DNA from: Desulfovibrio sp. UBA6121
GTDB lineage: Bacteria > Desulfobacterota > Desulfovibrionia > Desulfovibrionales > Desulfovibrionaceae
Direction of reading: 5' to 3'
Length of the DNA stretch: 64,000 nt
Assembly (NCBI GenBank): GCA_002422505.1
Contig: DIVX01000141.1
Location: forward strand, 1,191 to 65,190
Program-made: the position numbers and the translations under genes
Shown: in pieces, positions 9,401-18,654 of the stretch
Numbering within the stretch: the first letter of the stretch is position 1
Layout of the letters: each line of letters opens with the position of its first letter
Notes under the pieces: model-generated
What the model was told of the DNA's origin: nothing
The model's database searches: none
What the model saw: only the letters and a program-made list of their open reading frames with translations

Positions 9401-9931
9401 TTGAGTAAGACAGGTGCCGCCTATTTGTTTACAGGGTTATCTGGCGCAGGAAAGACAACAATAAGCAGCAGCGTGGCGCAGCTTTTGCGCCAAGCGAATG
9501 TGCCCTGCCTGTTGCTTGACGGCGACCAGCTCCGTAGTGGGTTGTGCTCTGATCTTGGGTATTCCAAGGAAGACCGCTTTGAGAATATCCGCAGAGTATC
9601 GGAGGTGGCCCGCTTGTTTGTGGATCAGGGCTTTGTGTGCCTGTGCGCATTCATCTGCCCATATCAGGCCATGCGCGACATCATGCACCAGAGGCTTGAC
9701 CCAACTTTTTTTGAAATTTTTGTCGATTGTTCGCTTGATGAGTGCCAACGCCGTGATCCCAAGACGTATTACAAGCGAGCACAACGTGGTGAGCTTGCAG
9801 GCTTCACGGGCGTCGGGGCGCCGTATGAAATGCCCTGCTCGCCAGACTTGCGCATAAATACTGTTGAATCCAGCATTGCGCTGGCGGCCGAAGCTGCCTT
9901 GGATTTCATATTCAAAACGCGGCAGCGGTAA
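9401..9931 (+). CDS. cysC: Adenylyl-sulfate (APS) kinase
   Basis: FTGLSGAGKTT, LLDGDQLRSGL..DLGYSKEDRFENIRR, RDPK and FTGV.APYE.P. TTG start after GGAG. Confidence 0.93.
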   Translation: MSKTGAAYLFTGLSGAGKTTISSSVAQLLRQANVPCLLLDGDQLRSGLCSDLGYSKEDRFENIRRVSEVARLFVDQGFVCLCAFICPYQAMRDIMHQRLDPTFFEIFVDCSLDECQRRDPKTYYKRAQRGELAGFTGVGAPYEMPCSPDLRINTVESSIALAAEAALDFIFKTRQR

Positions 9932-10102
9932 TTCTGCCGGGCATTGCGCTGTGGCCGCCCGGCAGGCCTGGACTGTTCCGTCTTTGCCTGACGCCCAAGC
10001 CAAACTCTGTGCGACTGAGACAAAAATGGCGCCTGCTCGCCGCCCTGGTGAAAGAACTCTGTGTTGCCGCGCTGCACGCTGAAGTGAGGGAATGTCGAAG
10101 GC

Positions 10103-11539
10103 ATGGTCGCAAAGAACGAAGAAGCCCTGACGACTGCAACCGCAAGGTGCAGGCAGTTGAGGATGTACGCCGTTCTAGTGTCGTGCGACGTCCTTGCCGT
10201 CGCCCTCGTTTTTGCTGCGGTTGTATACGCCAGATATCTGCTCGGTGGTGCCTTCCGGCTTGAGGACTACTGGGCCCATTGGCCGATACTGATCATATAC
10301 GTCCTCTCCGTGGCCAGCTTCGGCGGCTACGATGTCCTGCTTTCGCCACCACAGGAGATTCGTTCTTGCAGCCTGGCGACTCTTATCATCCTCGCCGTGC
10401 TCTCCTCCGCTTCCTTCTGGGTGCGCTTCCCTTTTTCCTTCTCGCGGTCTGTCATCATCGTATCCAGCATTTTTCTCCTTGCACTTCTTCCGGCAACGCA
10501 CTTTGGGGTCAAGGCATATTTTTCGAGGTTTTCGTGGTGGGGTTTTCCAACGGTATTCTACCTGTTCGAAAAAAGGGAAGCCCATTATGTAAATCTTGTG
10601 GTGAAGCGTCTGCATGCCTCCCTCAAGCCTGTGCTGCTTTTGTGCCACCGGCAAGACCTCTTGGCCGGCAAGATGCGCAAGAATATTCCTGTGGTCGACG
10701 GCCCGGAGTTCTTCAGCAAACCTGGCGTTCCGTCGAACGCCATCTTCATTTTTCTGGGGTTCCCACAAATCGGCTCCGGCGCACGAGGCATTCTGCAAAA
10801 AGCGGAGCAACGGTTCTCAAGAATCATCATCCTGCACGAGAGCCTGAACTTCGGCAACCAGTGGGCCAAACCGGTGGATATGGGCCTGCACCTTGGGCTG
10901 GAGACGATGCAGCGGTTGCTGGACCCAACACGCCTCAGGGCCAAGCGTTGCGTCGATCTGCTCTTCTCGTCGTTTCTGCTCCTTGTGCTTGCCCCGCTGT
11001 TTCTGCTCATGGCGCTGCTCATCGTGCTCAACAGCCCTGGCCCTGTTTTTTATAAGCAGATTCGCCTTGGCCGTGGCGGTCGTCCTTTCTGCGCCTGGAA
11101 GTTCCGGTCCATGGTGCCAAACGCCGCTACGGCGCTCAAGGACGTGCTGGACGAGGACCCGAACCTGCGCAAAAGCTGGGAGGAACGCCACAAGTTGCCA
11201 AAGGATCCTCGCGTCACCGCCGTGGGGCGTTTTTTGCGGCTCACCAGCCTGGACGAGTTGCCGCAGCTCTTCAATGTCGTGTTGGGCGACATGAGCCTCA
11301 TCGGGCCGCGCCCCATCGTCCGGGCGGAAATTAAGCGGTACGGGGCGCGTTATGAAATGGTCTCCAAGGTGCGCCCCGGCATGACAGGCCTGTGGCAGGT
11401 TTCCGGTCGCAGCCGCCTGACGTACGCGGAGCGGGTGGAGCTTGATTCCTATTACATCAAGAACTGGTCTTTCTGGCTTGACCTGTACATCATGCTGAAA
11501 ACGCCCTTGGCCGTGCTGCGCTTTAGCGATGCGCAGTAA
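10103..11539 (+). CDS. wbaP: Undecaprenyl-phosphate sugar-1-phosphate transferase (WbaP-like)
   Basis: N-terminal TM segments, then KR..D, KFRSM, DPRVT.VGRFLR.TSLDELPQLFNV..GDMSLIGPRP and PGMTGLWQVSGRS. Confidence 0.93.
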   Translation: MVAKNEEALTTATARCRQLRMYAVLVSCDVLAVALVFAAVVYARYLLGGAFRLEDYWAHWPILIIYVLSVASFGGYDVLLSPPQEIRSCSLATLIILAVLSSASFWVRFPFSFSRSVIIVSSIFLLALLPATHFGVKAYFSRFSWWGFPTVFYLFEKREAHYVNLVVKRLHASLKPVLLLCHRQDLLAGKMRKNIPVVDGPEFFSKPGVPSNAIFIFLGFPQIGSGARGILQKAEQRFSRIIILHESLNFGNQWAKPVDMGLHLGLETMQRLLDPTRLRAKRCVDLLFSSFLLLVLAPLFLLMALLIVLNSPGPVFYKQIRLGRGGRPFCAWKFRSMVPNAATALKDVLDEDPNLRKSWEERHKLPKDPRVTAVGRFLRLTSLDELPQLFNVVLGDMSLIGPRPIVRAEIKRYGARYEMVSKVRPGMTGLWQVSGRSRLTYAERVELDSYYIKNWSFWLDLYIMLKTPLAVLRFSDAQ

Positions 11540-11562
11540 GTGCGGGCCGGAGGTGCGCTGTC

Positions 11563-12711
11563 ATGGATTCCAGCGGCAAGGCGGGAGCGGCTGTGAGTGA
11601 CCTGCAGGTGCGTAGCGTCCGCACTGCTGCGGAGCTTGACGCCTTCATCCAGGTTGCCTGGAGCGTACAAGGGGCCGACCCCAATTGGGTGCCCCCGCTG
11701 CGCAAGGAAGTGAAGAGGTTGCTTGGGCCAAGCCACCCGTTCTGGGCCAGAGCCGAACGCGAGTTGTTCTTGGCCGAGCGCGGCGGCTGCGCTGTGGGTC
11801 GCATTTGCGCCATCAAGGACACGGCCTTCATCGAGCACCAGGGCGAGCAGGCCGGGGCCTGGGGCTTTTTTGAGTGCCAGCACGACCAGGAAGCCGCGCA
11901 GGCGCTTTTTGACGCCGCCGCCCAGTGGTGCCGCGCCAGGGGCCTCGCGCTTATGCGCGGACCTTTCAACCCCTCCACCAACTACGAAATAGGCATGCTG
12001 GTGGAGGGCTTCGATGTTCCGCCCGCCATCATGATGACCTACAATCCGCCCTGGTACCCCGCTCTTGTGGAGGGCTGCGGCCTCACCAAAGAGAAGGATC
12101 TTTACGCCTACCTGTTTTTGCAGGGGCACCAGACGCCGGAGCGGCTGCTCAAGGCCATCAAGCGCCTGCGCCGCAATGCCGAGATTTCGGTGCGCCACAC
12201 CACCAGAAAAACCCTGCGGGCGGATGTGGAGCTCATGTGCCGCCTGTTTGAGGAGTCCTGGAAGGATAATTGGGGCTTCACCCCCATGAATCCGGCCGAG
12301 ATCGATCTCATGGCCGAGAGCCTGCTGCCCATTCTCGATGAAGACCTGGCCTTTGTCATCAACTACTCCGGGGAGCCTGTGGCCATCGCCCTGCTGCTGC
12401 CCGACGTGAACCCGCTGCTCAAACGGCTGAATGGCTCCCTGGGCCTTCGCGGCGTCCTCAAGTATCTGCTGCACCGGCGCGAGATACGGGGCACGCGGGT
12501 GACGTTGTTCGGCATCAGGCCGGAGTTCCGCAAGCGCGGCCTGCCCTTGGTGCTGCTCGACTATCTGATTGAGCACGTTGGCGGGAACCCCAAGTACGAC
12601 TATCTTGAAGCGGGCTGGACCCTTGAGGATAACGATGCCATCAACTCGCTGTTGGAGCAGTTCGGGGGCAGGCGGCACAAGCGCTACCGCATCTACCGGC
12701 AGGACCTGTAG
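11563..12711 (+). CDS. YghO-like GNAT N-acyltransferase (bacterial ceramide synthase bCerS family candidate)
   Basis: DPNWVPPL, GRI.A, GFFEC, GPFNPSTNYEIGMLVEGFD.PP..MM.YNPPWY, NWGF.P, LPDVN, W.LEDN and KRYRIY match the YghO pattern as recalled. Confidence 0.85.
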   Translation: MDSSGKAGAAVSDLQVRSVRTAAELDAFIQVAWSVQGADPNWVPPLRKEVKRLLGPSHPFWARAERELFLAERGGCAVGRICAIKDTAFIEHQGEQAGAWGFFECQHDQEAAQALFDAAAQWCRARGLALMRGPFNPSTNYEIGMLVEGFDVPPAIMMTYNPPWYPALVEGCGLTKEKDLYAYLFLQGHQTPERLLKAIKRLRRNAEISVRHTTRKTLRADVELMCRLFEESWKDNWGFTPMNPAEIDLMAESLLPILDEDLAFVINYSGEPVAIALLLPDVNPLLKRLNGSLGLRGVLKYLLHRREIRGTRVTLFGIRPEFRKRGLPLVLLDYLIEHVGGNPKYDYLEAGWTLEDNDAINSLLEQFGGRRHKRYRIYRQDL

Positions 12712-12723
12712 GCGGGGCGGGCC

Positions 12724-13722
12724 ATGCACATCGTCCTCACCGGGGCCACGGGCTTCATCGGCGGTCGTCTGGCCGCCCGGCTGCTGGCAGAAGGGCACGC
12801 CGTACGCGCCCTGGTGCGGCGCGTTCAAGCGCCCCTGCCGCCGGGGGCCGAACGCCTGGTGGGTGCGTTGGACGATCAGGACTTTCTGCGCGGGGCCTTG
12901 GCCGGAGCGGACGCCGTGCTGCATCTTGCCGGGCGGACCAAGGCTTTCACTTCCCGTGGCTTTTTCCGCGTCAACGAGGAACTGACCGCAGCCCTGGCCG
13001 AGGGCGTGCGCCGCCATGCGCCGGAGCATGCGCCGTTGCTGTATGTTTCCAGCCAGGCTGCGGCCGGGCCGGGAAACGCCGCGCCCGGCGTGGGCGAGGC
13101 CGACCAGAGCGCGCCCGTATCGCAGTATGGGCTCTCCAAGCTGCTGGGGGAGCGCGCCGTGCAGGCTTTGGCCGCAGCCCGGCCGGTGGCCGTGGCTCGT
13201 CCGGCCATGGTGTATGGCCCGGGCGACACGGCTTTTGTGCCGCTGTACCGCTGCATGCGTACGGGGTTCCTGCCCGCCTCCGGCCCGGTGGGGCAGCGTT
13301 TCAGCATCGTGCACGTGGACGACCTGGTGGACGGCCTGTGCTTGGCGCTTGCCTGGCTGGCCGCTGGCAAGACCGCTGCCGCAGATGGTGGGAGCGTGCT
13401 GCATTTCGCCGGACCGCAGAGCTTTGTGTGGGAGGACTACGCCGCGGCCTTCGGCCTGGCGTTGGGGCGGCGTGTGCGTGTGCTGCGCGCGCCCTCCTGG
13501 GCGCTGCTGGCCGCTGCCCTGGGCAATACCCTCTGCGCGGGGCTGGGGCTGCCCACCTCCCACCTTACCCTGGACAAGCGCCGCGAGGCCCTGGCTGAGG
13601 GCTGGCTTCTGGACTGCGCCCGCACGCGCGCCGTGTTGGGCTGGACGCCGAGCCGTGGCTTGGAGCAGGGCGCGAGCGAGACTTTGACCTGGTGCCGGGA
13701 AAAGGGGCTGCTGTCGGAATAG
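12724..13722 (+). CDS. NAD(P)-dependent epimerase/dehydratase-family reductase (extended SDR; CerR-like candidate)
   Basis: TGATGFIG, HLAG, YVSSQAA, YGLSK (YxxxK), RPAMVYGPGD and HVDDL. Confidence 0.88.
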   Translation: MHIVLTGATGFIGGRLAARLLAEGHAVRALVRRVQAPLPPGAERLVGALDDQDFLRGALAGADAVLHLAGRTKAFTSRGFFRVNEELTAALAEGVRRHAPEHAPLLYVSSQAAAGPGNAAPGVGEADQSAPVSQYGLSKLLGERAVQALAAARPVAVARPAMVYGPGDTAFVPLYRCMRTGFLPASGPVGQRFSIVHVDDLVDGLCLALAWLAAGKTAAADGGSVLHFAGPQSFVWEDYAAAFGLALGRRVRVLRAPSWALLAAALGNTLCAGLGLPTSHLTLDKRREALAEGWLLDCARTRAVLGWTPSRGLEQGASETLTWCREKGLLSE

Positions 13723-13729
13723 ACCGCCC

Positions 13730-13930
13730 TTGCGCGGCTGAACGATGCGTGGCGCGTGCTTACGCAGCCAAAGTTGCAGCACCAGCAGGGTCCACAGGGG
13801 GCGGCGGTGGTCCGCCCGACCGGAAAGATGCTCTGCAACCAGTCTGCCCACGGCCTGGGGGGGGGGCGAAGAGTCTTTGGGGCGCTTCCTTGGAGAGGGT
13901 GTCCCTCCACAGCGCAGGCCGCAGGACCTG
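13730..13930 (-). pseudogene. C-terminal relic of asparagine synthetase-like amidotransferase (AsnB family)
   Basis: RDTLSKEA..LFAP, a frameshift in a C10 tract, then QAVGRLVAEHLSGRADHRRPLWTLLVLQLW, which resembles the AsnB C-terminus. No upstream domains remain. Confidence 0.7.
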
Positions 13931-14019
13931 TTACGACCGCAACGTCAATTTCAGCAAGACTTATGGAGCCAGTGGTATGGCGCCAGATTCTTCAGGACTG
14001 GCCCCTGTGCGATCTTCCG

Positions 14020-15252
14020 TTATTCCCCTGCCCTTTGTCCAGACTGGCGCGTGGCCAGCAATTCAAAAAACTTCTTGGCATAGCGCTCCGGCGCAAACAT
14101 AACGCGCGCCTTGTCTCGGCCGCGCGCAGCCATGGCCACCGCTGCTTCCCGGTCGTCCGCAAGGCGTAAAATGGCCTGCGCAATGGCCTTGGCGTCGCCC
14201 TCTGGCGTCAGCAGGCCTGTAACGCCGTCCTCAACCAAATCGGGAATGCCGGCCAGTGCGGAGGCCACCACTGGCACACGGTGCAGCAGCGCCTCGATGA
14301 TCACTGTGGGCAGGCCGTCGGATTTCCCGTTGGGTTTGCGGATGCTCGGCATGGCCAGAATGTCTGAGTTGAGCAGCAGCGCGGGCACCTGGCTGTGGGG
14401 CAGGAAGCCGACGAAACGCACGGCATCACCCAGATTCAGACGTTCAGTCAGCGCCTTTAGGGGCCGCATCCAGGCGCCGTCTCCGGCCAGGGTCACCTGG
14501 GCTTCCACCCCATGCGCCCGCACAAGGGCCAAGGCTTCGATGAGGTGCTGGAAGCCTTTGGTCTCAATGAATCGACCAATGGCGCAGATTCTGATCGGCT
14601 GGCGCATGGGCACTTCTGCTTGCGCGGCCGGAGGCAGGGTCAAAACGTCGTAGAGCAGGTGGACTTTTTCGGGCGTGTCCGGAATGTATTTTCGCAGGTG
14701 CGGCACGAGGAAGGAGGACTCGCACAGTGCGAAGGAGGTTTGGCGCAGCTTGAAGCCGAGCAGGCCCTCCGGCGGATGCACGTCTCCAGCACGGGATGAG
14801 AAGCTGAAGGTGATGCCCAGAAGCTGGGCGGCGCACCAGGCCGCAGTGGCCGAGCCGTTGGCCCAGGCCGCGTGCACGTGCTCCACGCCAAGCTCTTTGA
14901 ACCGCCGCGCCAGGCAGACGCCGCAGAAAAAGGCCAGCAGGTTCTCGCCGTATTTTTCCAGCCCGCCGCCGGGAGAGGCCAGCACTCGCGCAAGCATGGA
15001 CAGGGTGGTGATTGGCCGGGTGCACAGGCTGGCGAAAAAGGCCAGGGCGATGCGCGGGGCGGCGGCGAGGCCCAGTCGCTCCACCGGGAGCCCCTCCGGC
15101 TGCATGGCCAGCCCGGCCTTGAGGGGGCCGTAGAGGCTGTGCACGGTGAGTGGCAGGCCTGCGGCGTGCAGCGTTTGGGCCTCGCTGACCACGAAAGTTT
15201 CCGAGGGCTTAGGGAACCAGAGCGAAATATATGCGGTGCGCGGCAGGTTCAT
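14020..15252 (-). CDS. Glycosyltransferase family 4 (WcaL-like)
   Basis: FPKPSETFV, HVHAAW, IGRFIETKG, DGLPTVIIEAL and AGIPDLVEDG. ATGA overlap with the upstream gene. Confidence 0.92.
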   Translation of the reverse strand: MNLPRTAYISLWFPKPSETFVVSEAQTLHAAGLPLTVHSLYGPLKAGLAMQPEGLPVERLGLAAAPRIALAFFASLCTRPITTLSMLARVLASPGGGLEKYGENLLAFFCGVCLARRFKELGVEHVHAAWANGSATAAWCAAQLLGITFSFSSRAGDVHPPEGLLGFKLRQTSFALCESSFLVPHLRKYIPDTPEKVHLLYDVLTLPPAAQAEVPMRQPIRICAIGRFIETKGFQHLIEALALVRAHGVEAQVTLAGDGAWMRPLKALTERLNLGDAVRFVGFLPHSQVPALLLNSDILAMPSIRKPNGKSDGLPTVIIEALLHRVPVVASALAGIPDLVEDGVTGLLTPEGDAKAIAQAILRLADDREAAVAMAARGRDKARVMFAPERYAKKFFELLATRQSGQRAGE

Positions 15253-16220
15253 GAGCGAATCTCCTGGAACTGTGGCAGCAGGCCAGCAAGGGTTGTTCCG
15301 TGCAGCCCGCCAAGTGGTTTTGCGTGGTTCCGTAGCCAGAGGATAAAGGAGCGGATGCGCCGCTCGACGTGGGCCACGGCCGCTTCGTCCGGAACATGGG
15401 GCGAGGCTCCGGGCATGAGTTCTGAGGAATGGATGAAAAGGTGAATGACGCGGCCTCCGCGTGCAAGGTGCAGCCGCGCACCCAGTTTCATGGAAGGCAA
15501 CGGGTACCATACCGGGATGGTTCCCGCCGCAGCCACGGTCTTAAAACGCCGCAGCAGCCACCCGCCAGCGCCGGGACCAAGCAGCCCGGCGCTGCGCCAG
15601 GCTGCTTTGCGCAGGCCGGGCAGCAACGGGACCAGGGTGATGGGCGCTTCCAAAAGCCGCGTTTGCCCCGCCTCGTCGGTGAGCAACGGGTAGGGGTCTG
15701 CGGGGGCAAGGAAGCTCTGCGGCAAGGCCGGCGACCAGCGGGTCGGCACGATGCTCGAATCCACCTGCAAGCCGTGGTTGGGCAAAAGGTCGCGCACCTT
15801 CGGTCCCAGGTCGAAGCGCCCCATGCGAAAGGACACCGGCGCACGGCCTGTGGCCTCGCGGTACATGCGCACCAGTTCAGCGAGCTTGGCGTCCAGCAGC
15901 GTCGCGTCCATTGTCTCGGAGGGAGTCCAGGCCTGCCCCGCTTCGCCCGAAAGCGGCGGGGTGTTCCAAGGGTGCAGGTGTGCGCCGATTTCGGCCCCGA
16001 AAGTATCGCGCCAATGGCGCAGAAGCTCACGGCAACCGCAGTCGTTCAGCACCGGCCAGGTGCACAAAAGCGTCAGCGGCACGCCGAACTCCTGTGTCAC
16101 GAACTCCAGGCGGCGCAAGAATTCCACATTGCGCACACCGACGGCAACCGGCGCGTAGCGACCGGAGAACAGCCCTTCCTCCTCCACGTCCACGCTGAAC
16201 ACGACCCGTATTCCGCTCAT
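15249..16220 (-). CDS. Polysaccharide deacetylase family protein (WalW-like)
   Basis: VFSVDVEEE, EIGAHLHPWNTPP, SFRMGRF, VDSSIVP and HSSELMPG.SP. Confidence 0.85.
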   Translation of the reverse strand: MSGIRVVFSVDVEEEGLFSGRYAPVAVGVRNVEFLRRLEFVTQEFGVPLTLLCTWPVLNDCGCRELLRHWRDTFGAEIGAHLHPWNTPPLSGEAGQAWTPSETMDATLLDAKLAELVRMYREATGRAPVSFRMGRFDLGPKVRDLLPNHGLQVDSSIVPTRWSPALPQSFLAPADPYPLLTDEAGQTRLLEAPITLVPLLPGLRKAAWRSAGLLGPGAGGWLLRRFKTVAAAGTIPVWYPLPSMKLGARLHLARGGRVIHLFIHSSELMPGASPHVPDEAAVAHVERRIRSFILWLRNHAKPLGGLHGTTLAGLLPQFQEIRS

Positions 16221-17338
16221 GGCCGCCTCCGCTGCGTCCAGGCCGCCAGCAGCACCGCCTCCGTGGCGCGCAGCATGGCCTCGGGCGAGTGTGCGCGCAC
16301 GGCCTTGTCTCGTCCGGCCGCGCCCAGAGACGTGCACAGTTCTCGGTCGGTCAAGAGGCGGGCAAGCGCCTTGGACAGCCCAACCGGGTTGGCGGGCTCG
16401 GTCAAAAATCCTGTGCGCTCGTGCTCCACCAGATCGGGGATGCCCCCGGTTCGTGAGGCCACCACGGGCAGGCCCGAGGCCATGGCCTCCAGAATGGCGT
16501 TAGGCGAGCCCTCGCGCCGGGAGGCCAGGGCGAAGACGTCTGCCTGGGCCAGATGGGGGCGCACCTCGCCGCAGCCGGTGATGATATCCACGGCGTGCCC
16601 CAGGCCCAGAGCGGCAAGCCGCGCCTCCACCTGGGGGCGTAAAGGGCCGTCGCCCACCAGGGTCAAGCGGGCTTTGGGAACCTCGCGCAGCACTAGAGCA
16701 AAAGCCTCCACCAGGTTCATAGGGTCCTTGTCATCCACCAACCGCGACACGCTGACGAGGCGCGGCGGGCCTTCCGGGTGGGGCTTTGCGGGGCGGAAGC
16801 GCTCCGTGTCTACGCAGTTGGGCACTACGGCCACGCGTTCCGGCGGAACGCCTAACTCCTGTACGGCCCGCGTACGCAGCATCTCTGCGTTGCAAATGAG
16901 CCGGTTGGTGCAGCGCCAGAGCAGCGGCTCCCACTGCTTGGGCCGAAGTGTGCGAAAGCCCGCCACGATGACCGGAACGCCCAGCGCCCGACCGAACATG
17001 CGGCCCCAGATGTTCGGCACCACGGTGAGGGTGTACAGGACATCTGGCCTGGAGCGGGCTATGCGCGTGAAAAGCGGCGGCAGGGCCAGCGGGCTGCCCG
17101 GCGGGCGGCGGCTGATGCGCACAAGCGGAACACCCGTGGCCAGCGCCTCGTCCAGGAGGTCCTCGCCCGTGTTGAGCACCCAGAGTTCCGGGGTGAAGAG
17201 GGTGCGGTCAAGCCCGCGCAACAGCTGCAAGGCGTAGCGCTGGGTGCCGCCGAACTCCAAGTCCTGCAGCAGCACGGCCAGCCGCAACGGGCGGCCTGCT
17301 GCGGCTGGGGCGGAAATGGGGCTGGCCAGTTGCGTCAT
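16217..17338 (-). CDS. Glycosyltransferase family 4
   Basis: GGTQR, VVPNCVD, SRLVDDKD and EGSPNAILEAMASGLPVVAS..GGIPDLV. Confidence 0.93.
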   Translation of the reverse strand: MTQLASPISAPAAAGRPLRLAVLLQDLEFGGTQRYALQLLRGLDRTLFTPELWVLNTGEDLLDEALATGVPLVRISRRPPGSPLALPPLFTRIARSRPDVLYTLTVVPNIWGRMFGRALGVPVIVAGFRTLRPKQWEPLLWRCTNRLICNAEMLRTRAVQELGVPPERVAVVPNCVDTERFRPAKPHPEGPPRLVSVSRLVDDKDPMNLVEAFALVLREVPKARLTLVGDGPLRPQVEARLAALGLGHAVDIITGCGEVRPHLAQADVFALASRREGSPNAILEAMASGLPVVASRTGGIPDLVEHERTGFLTEPANPVGLSKALARLLTDRELCTSLGAAGRDKAVRAHSPEAMLRATEAVLLAAWTQRRRP

Positions 17339-17490
17339 TCAGGCACCAAGGGCTGATGGTCCCGGCGGCCCGTGCGGGCAGCGCCATGCTTGGGCGCGGC
17401 GGGGGCAACCGCCGGAAAATAAAAGGCCGCCGCGCGTGTTCAAGTAGCATCGGCCAAAGCGCCGAAGCAAGACAAATGACTTCCGGGCCC

Positions 17491-18654
17491 TCACCCTTGT
17501 GCGCGGTGCAGAATGGCGGCCACGGTGCCGTCCAGCCGGGCGCGGTAGGCAATGCCGCGCCAGCGCAGGGTGTTGGTGAGCCAGGTTGCCAGGAAACAGG
17601 GAATGGTGAGGATTTGCATGAGCGCAAAGCCAAGGCCCGCGCGCCAAGCGGGCAGCCTGCGCTGGCCTAGGCCGCCGTACAGCACGCCGAGGGCGCACAG
17701 CGCGCCAAGATAGAGCCAGCCCACGAACCCGCCGGAGAGCGCGTCGCGCAGGGTGTGCCACAGCAACGCCGCGCCCGCCATGGGGGCCAGGGTGGCGGCC
17801 AGCCAGGTGCCGGGCATGCAGAACTTGAGGTACAGCAATTGCCGGAACCACCAACCCCACCAGCCGCCCAGGCTTTGCCGGTTTAGCCGGGTAAGCAGCG
17901 CCGCCTGCGGCACCGCCGCCGCGCGCACGCCCCGGCGCTGCAGATAGGGCCCCATGGTGAAGTCGTCCACCACGCCCCTGGCCCAGATGGCGTCGATGCC
18001 GTGGCGCAGGAAGGTTTCGCGCCGGATGGCCGTTGCACCGCCCCAAGGCAGGCAGAACCAGGGCAGGTTTTGCAGCAGGTGGATGAACTGGGCGGAAAAG
18101 AAATGGAACAGGCTTGGCAGGGTGGGCTCGTCCGGCAGCACGCGGTGGTAGCTGGTGGCCAGCACGGCCTCGCCCCGAACCAGGGGCGCGCTGAGCCGGG
18201 TGAGGAAGTCTGGCCTGGCCTCGTGGGTGCTGTCGCAGAAGACGAGAATCTCCGGCCAGTCCCCAGCGGCCTTGATGCCCGCCAGCAGGCTGTGGTTCTT
18301 CTGGCAGCAGCGCGTGGCCTCTCCGGCGATGACCAGCCGGACATGCGGGAAACGCTGAACGAGCTCCCGCACCAGGGCGGACGCCGGGTCCGCTTCATTG
18401 CGCACCACAAGCTGGGCCTGGAAATTCACGCCGGGCTGGTGCAGCAGGGAAGCGAGGCTTTGGCGCATGGTTGGGCTGTCGCCCGTGAGGGGGATGATGA
18501 GGGCCAGCGGCGGCTGCTTTTGGAATGCGGGCAAGGGGGCGTTTTCCAGCCAGGTCCTGCGCCCGGCGCGGATTGCGGGAGCGCCGACGCAGTAAAGCAG
18601 CACCAGGGCCAGCAGGTGCAGAATCATGCCCAGATGGAAGACTCCGTCCGGCAT
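17491..18654 (-). CDS. Membrane GT-A glycosyltransferase, GT21/ceramide-glucosyltransferase (HpnI)-like
   Basis: N-terminal TM, IIPLTG.S, DPA, QKNHSL, LVFCDST, WGGATAIRR, VVDDF, RQ, C-terminal TMs and LRWRGIAY. TGATG coupling at 18654. Confidence 0.8.
   Translation of the reverse strand: MPDGVFHLGMILHLLALVLLYCVGAPAIRAGRRTWLENAPLPAFQKQPPLALIIPLTGDSPTMRQSLASLLHQPGVNFQAQLVVRNEADPASALVRELVQRFPHVRLVIAGEATRCCQKNHSLLAGIKAAGDWPEILVFCDSTHEARPDFLTRLSAPLVRGEAVLATSYHRVLPDEPTLPSLFHFFSAQFIHLLQNLPWFCLPWGGATAIRRETFLRHGIDAIWARGVVDDFTMGPYLQRRGVRAAAVPQAALLTRLNRQSLGGWWGWWFRQLLYLKFCMPGTWLAATLAPMAGAALLWHTLRDALSGGFVGWLYLGALCALGVLYGGLGQRRLPAWRAGLGFALMQILTIPCFLATWLTNTLRWRGIAYRARLDGTVAAILHRAQG

Noticed and set aside
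11452-13851. 799-aa minus-strand ORF
   Set aside because: It is the antisense shadow of the GNAT and SDR genes in high-GC DNA. Only its first ~35 codons resemble a real protein (the AsnB relic).
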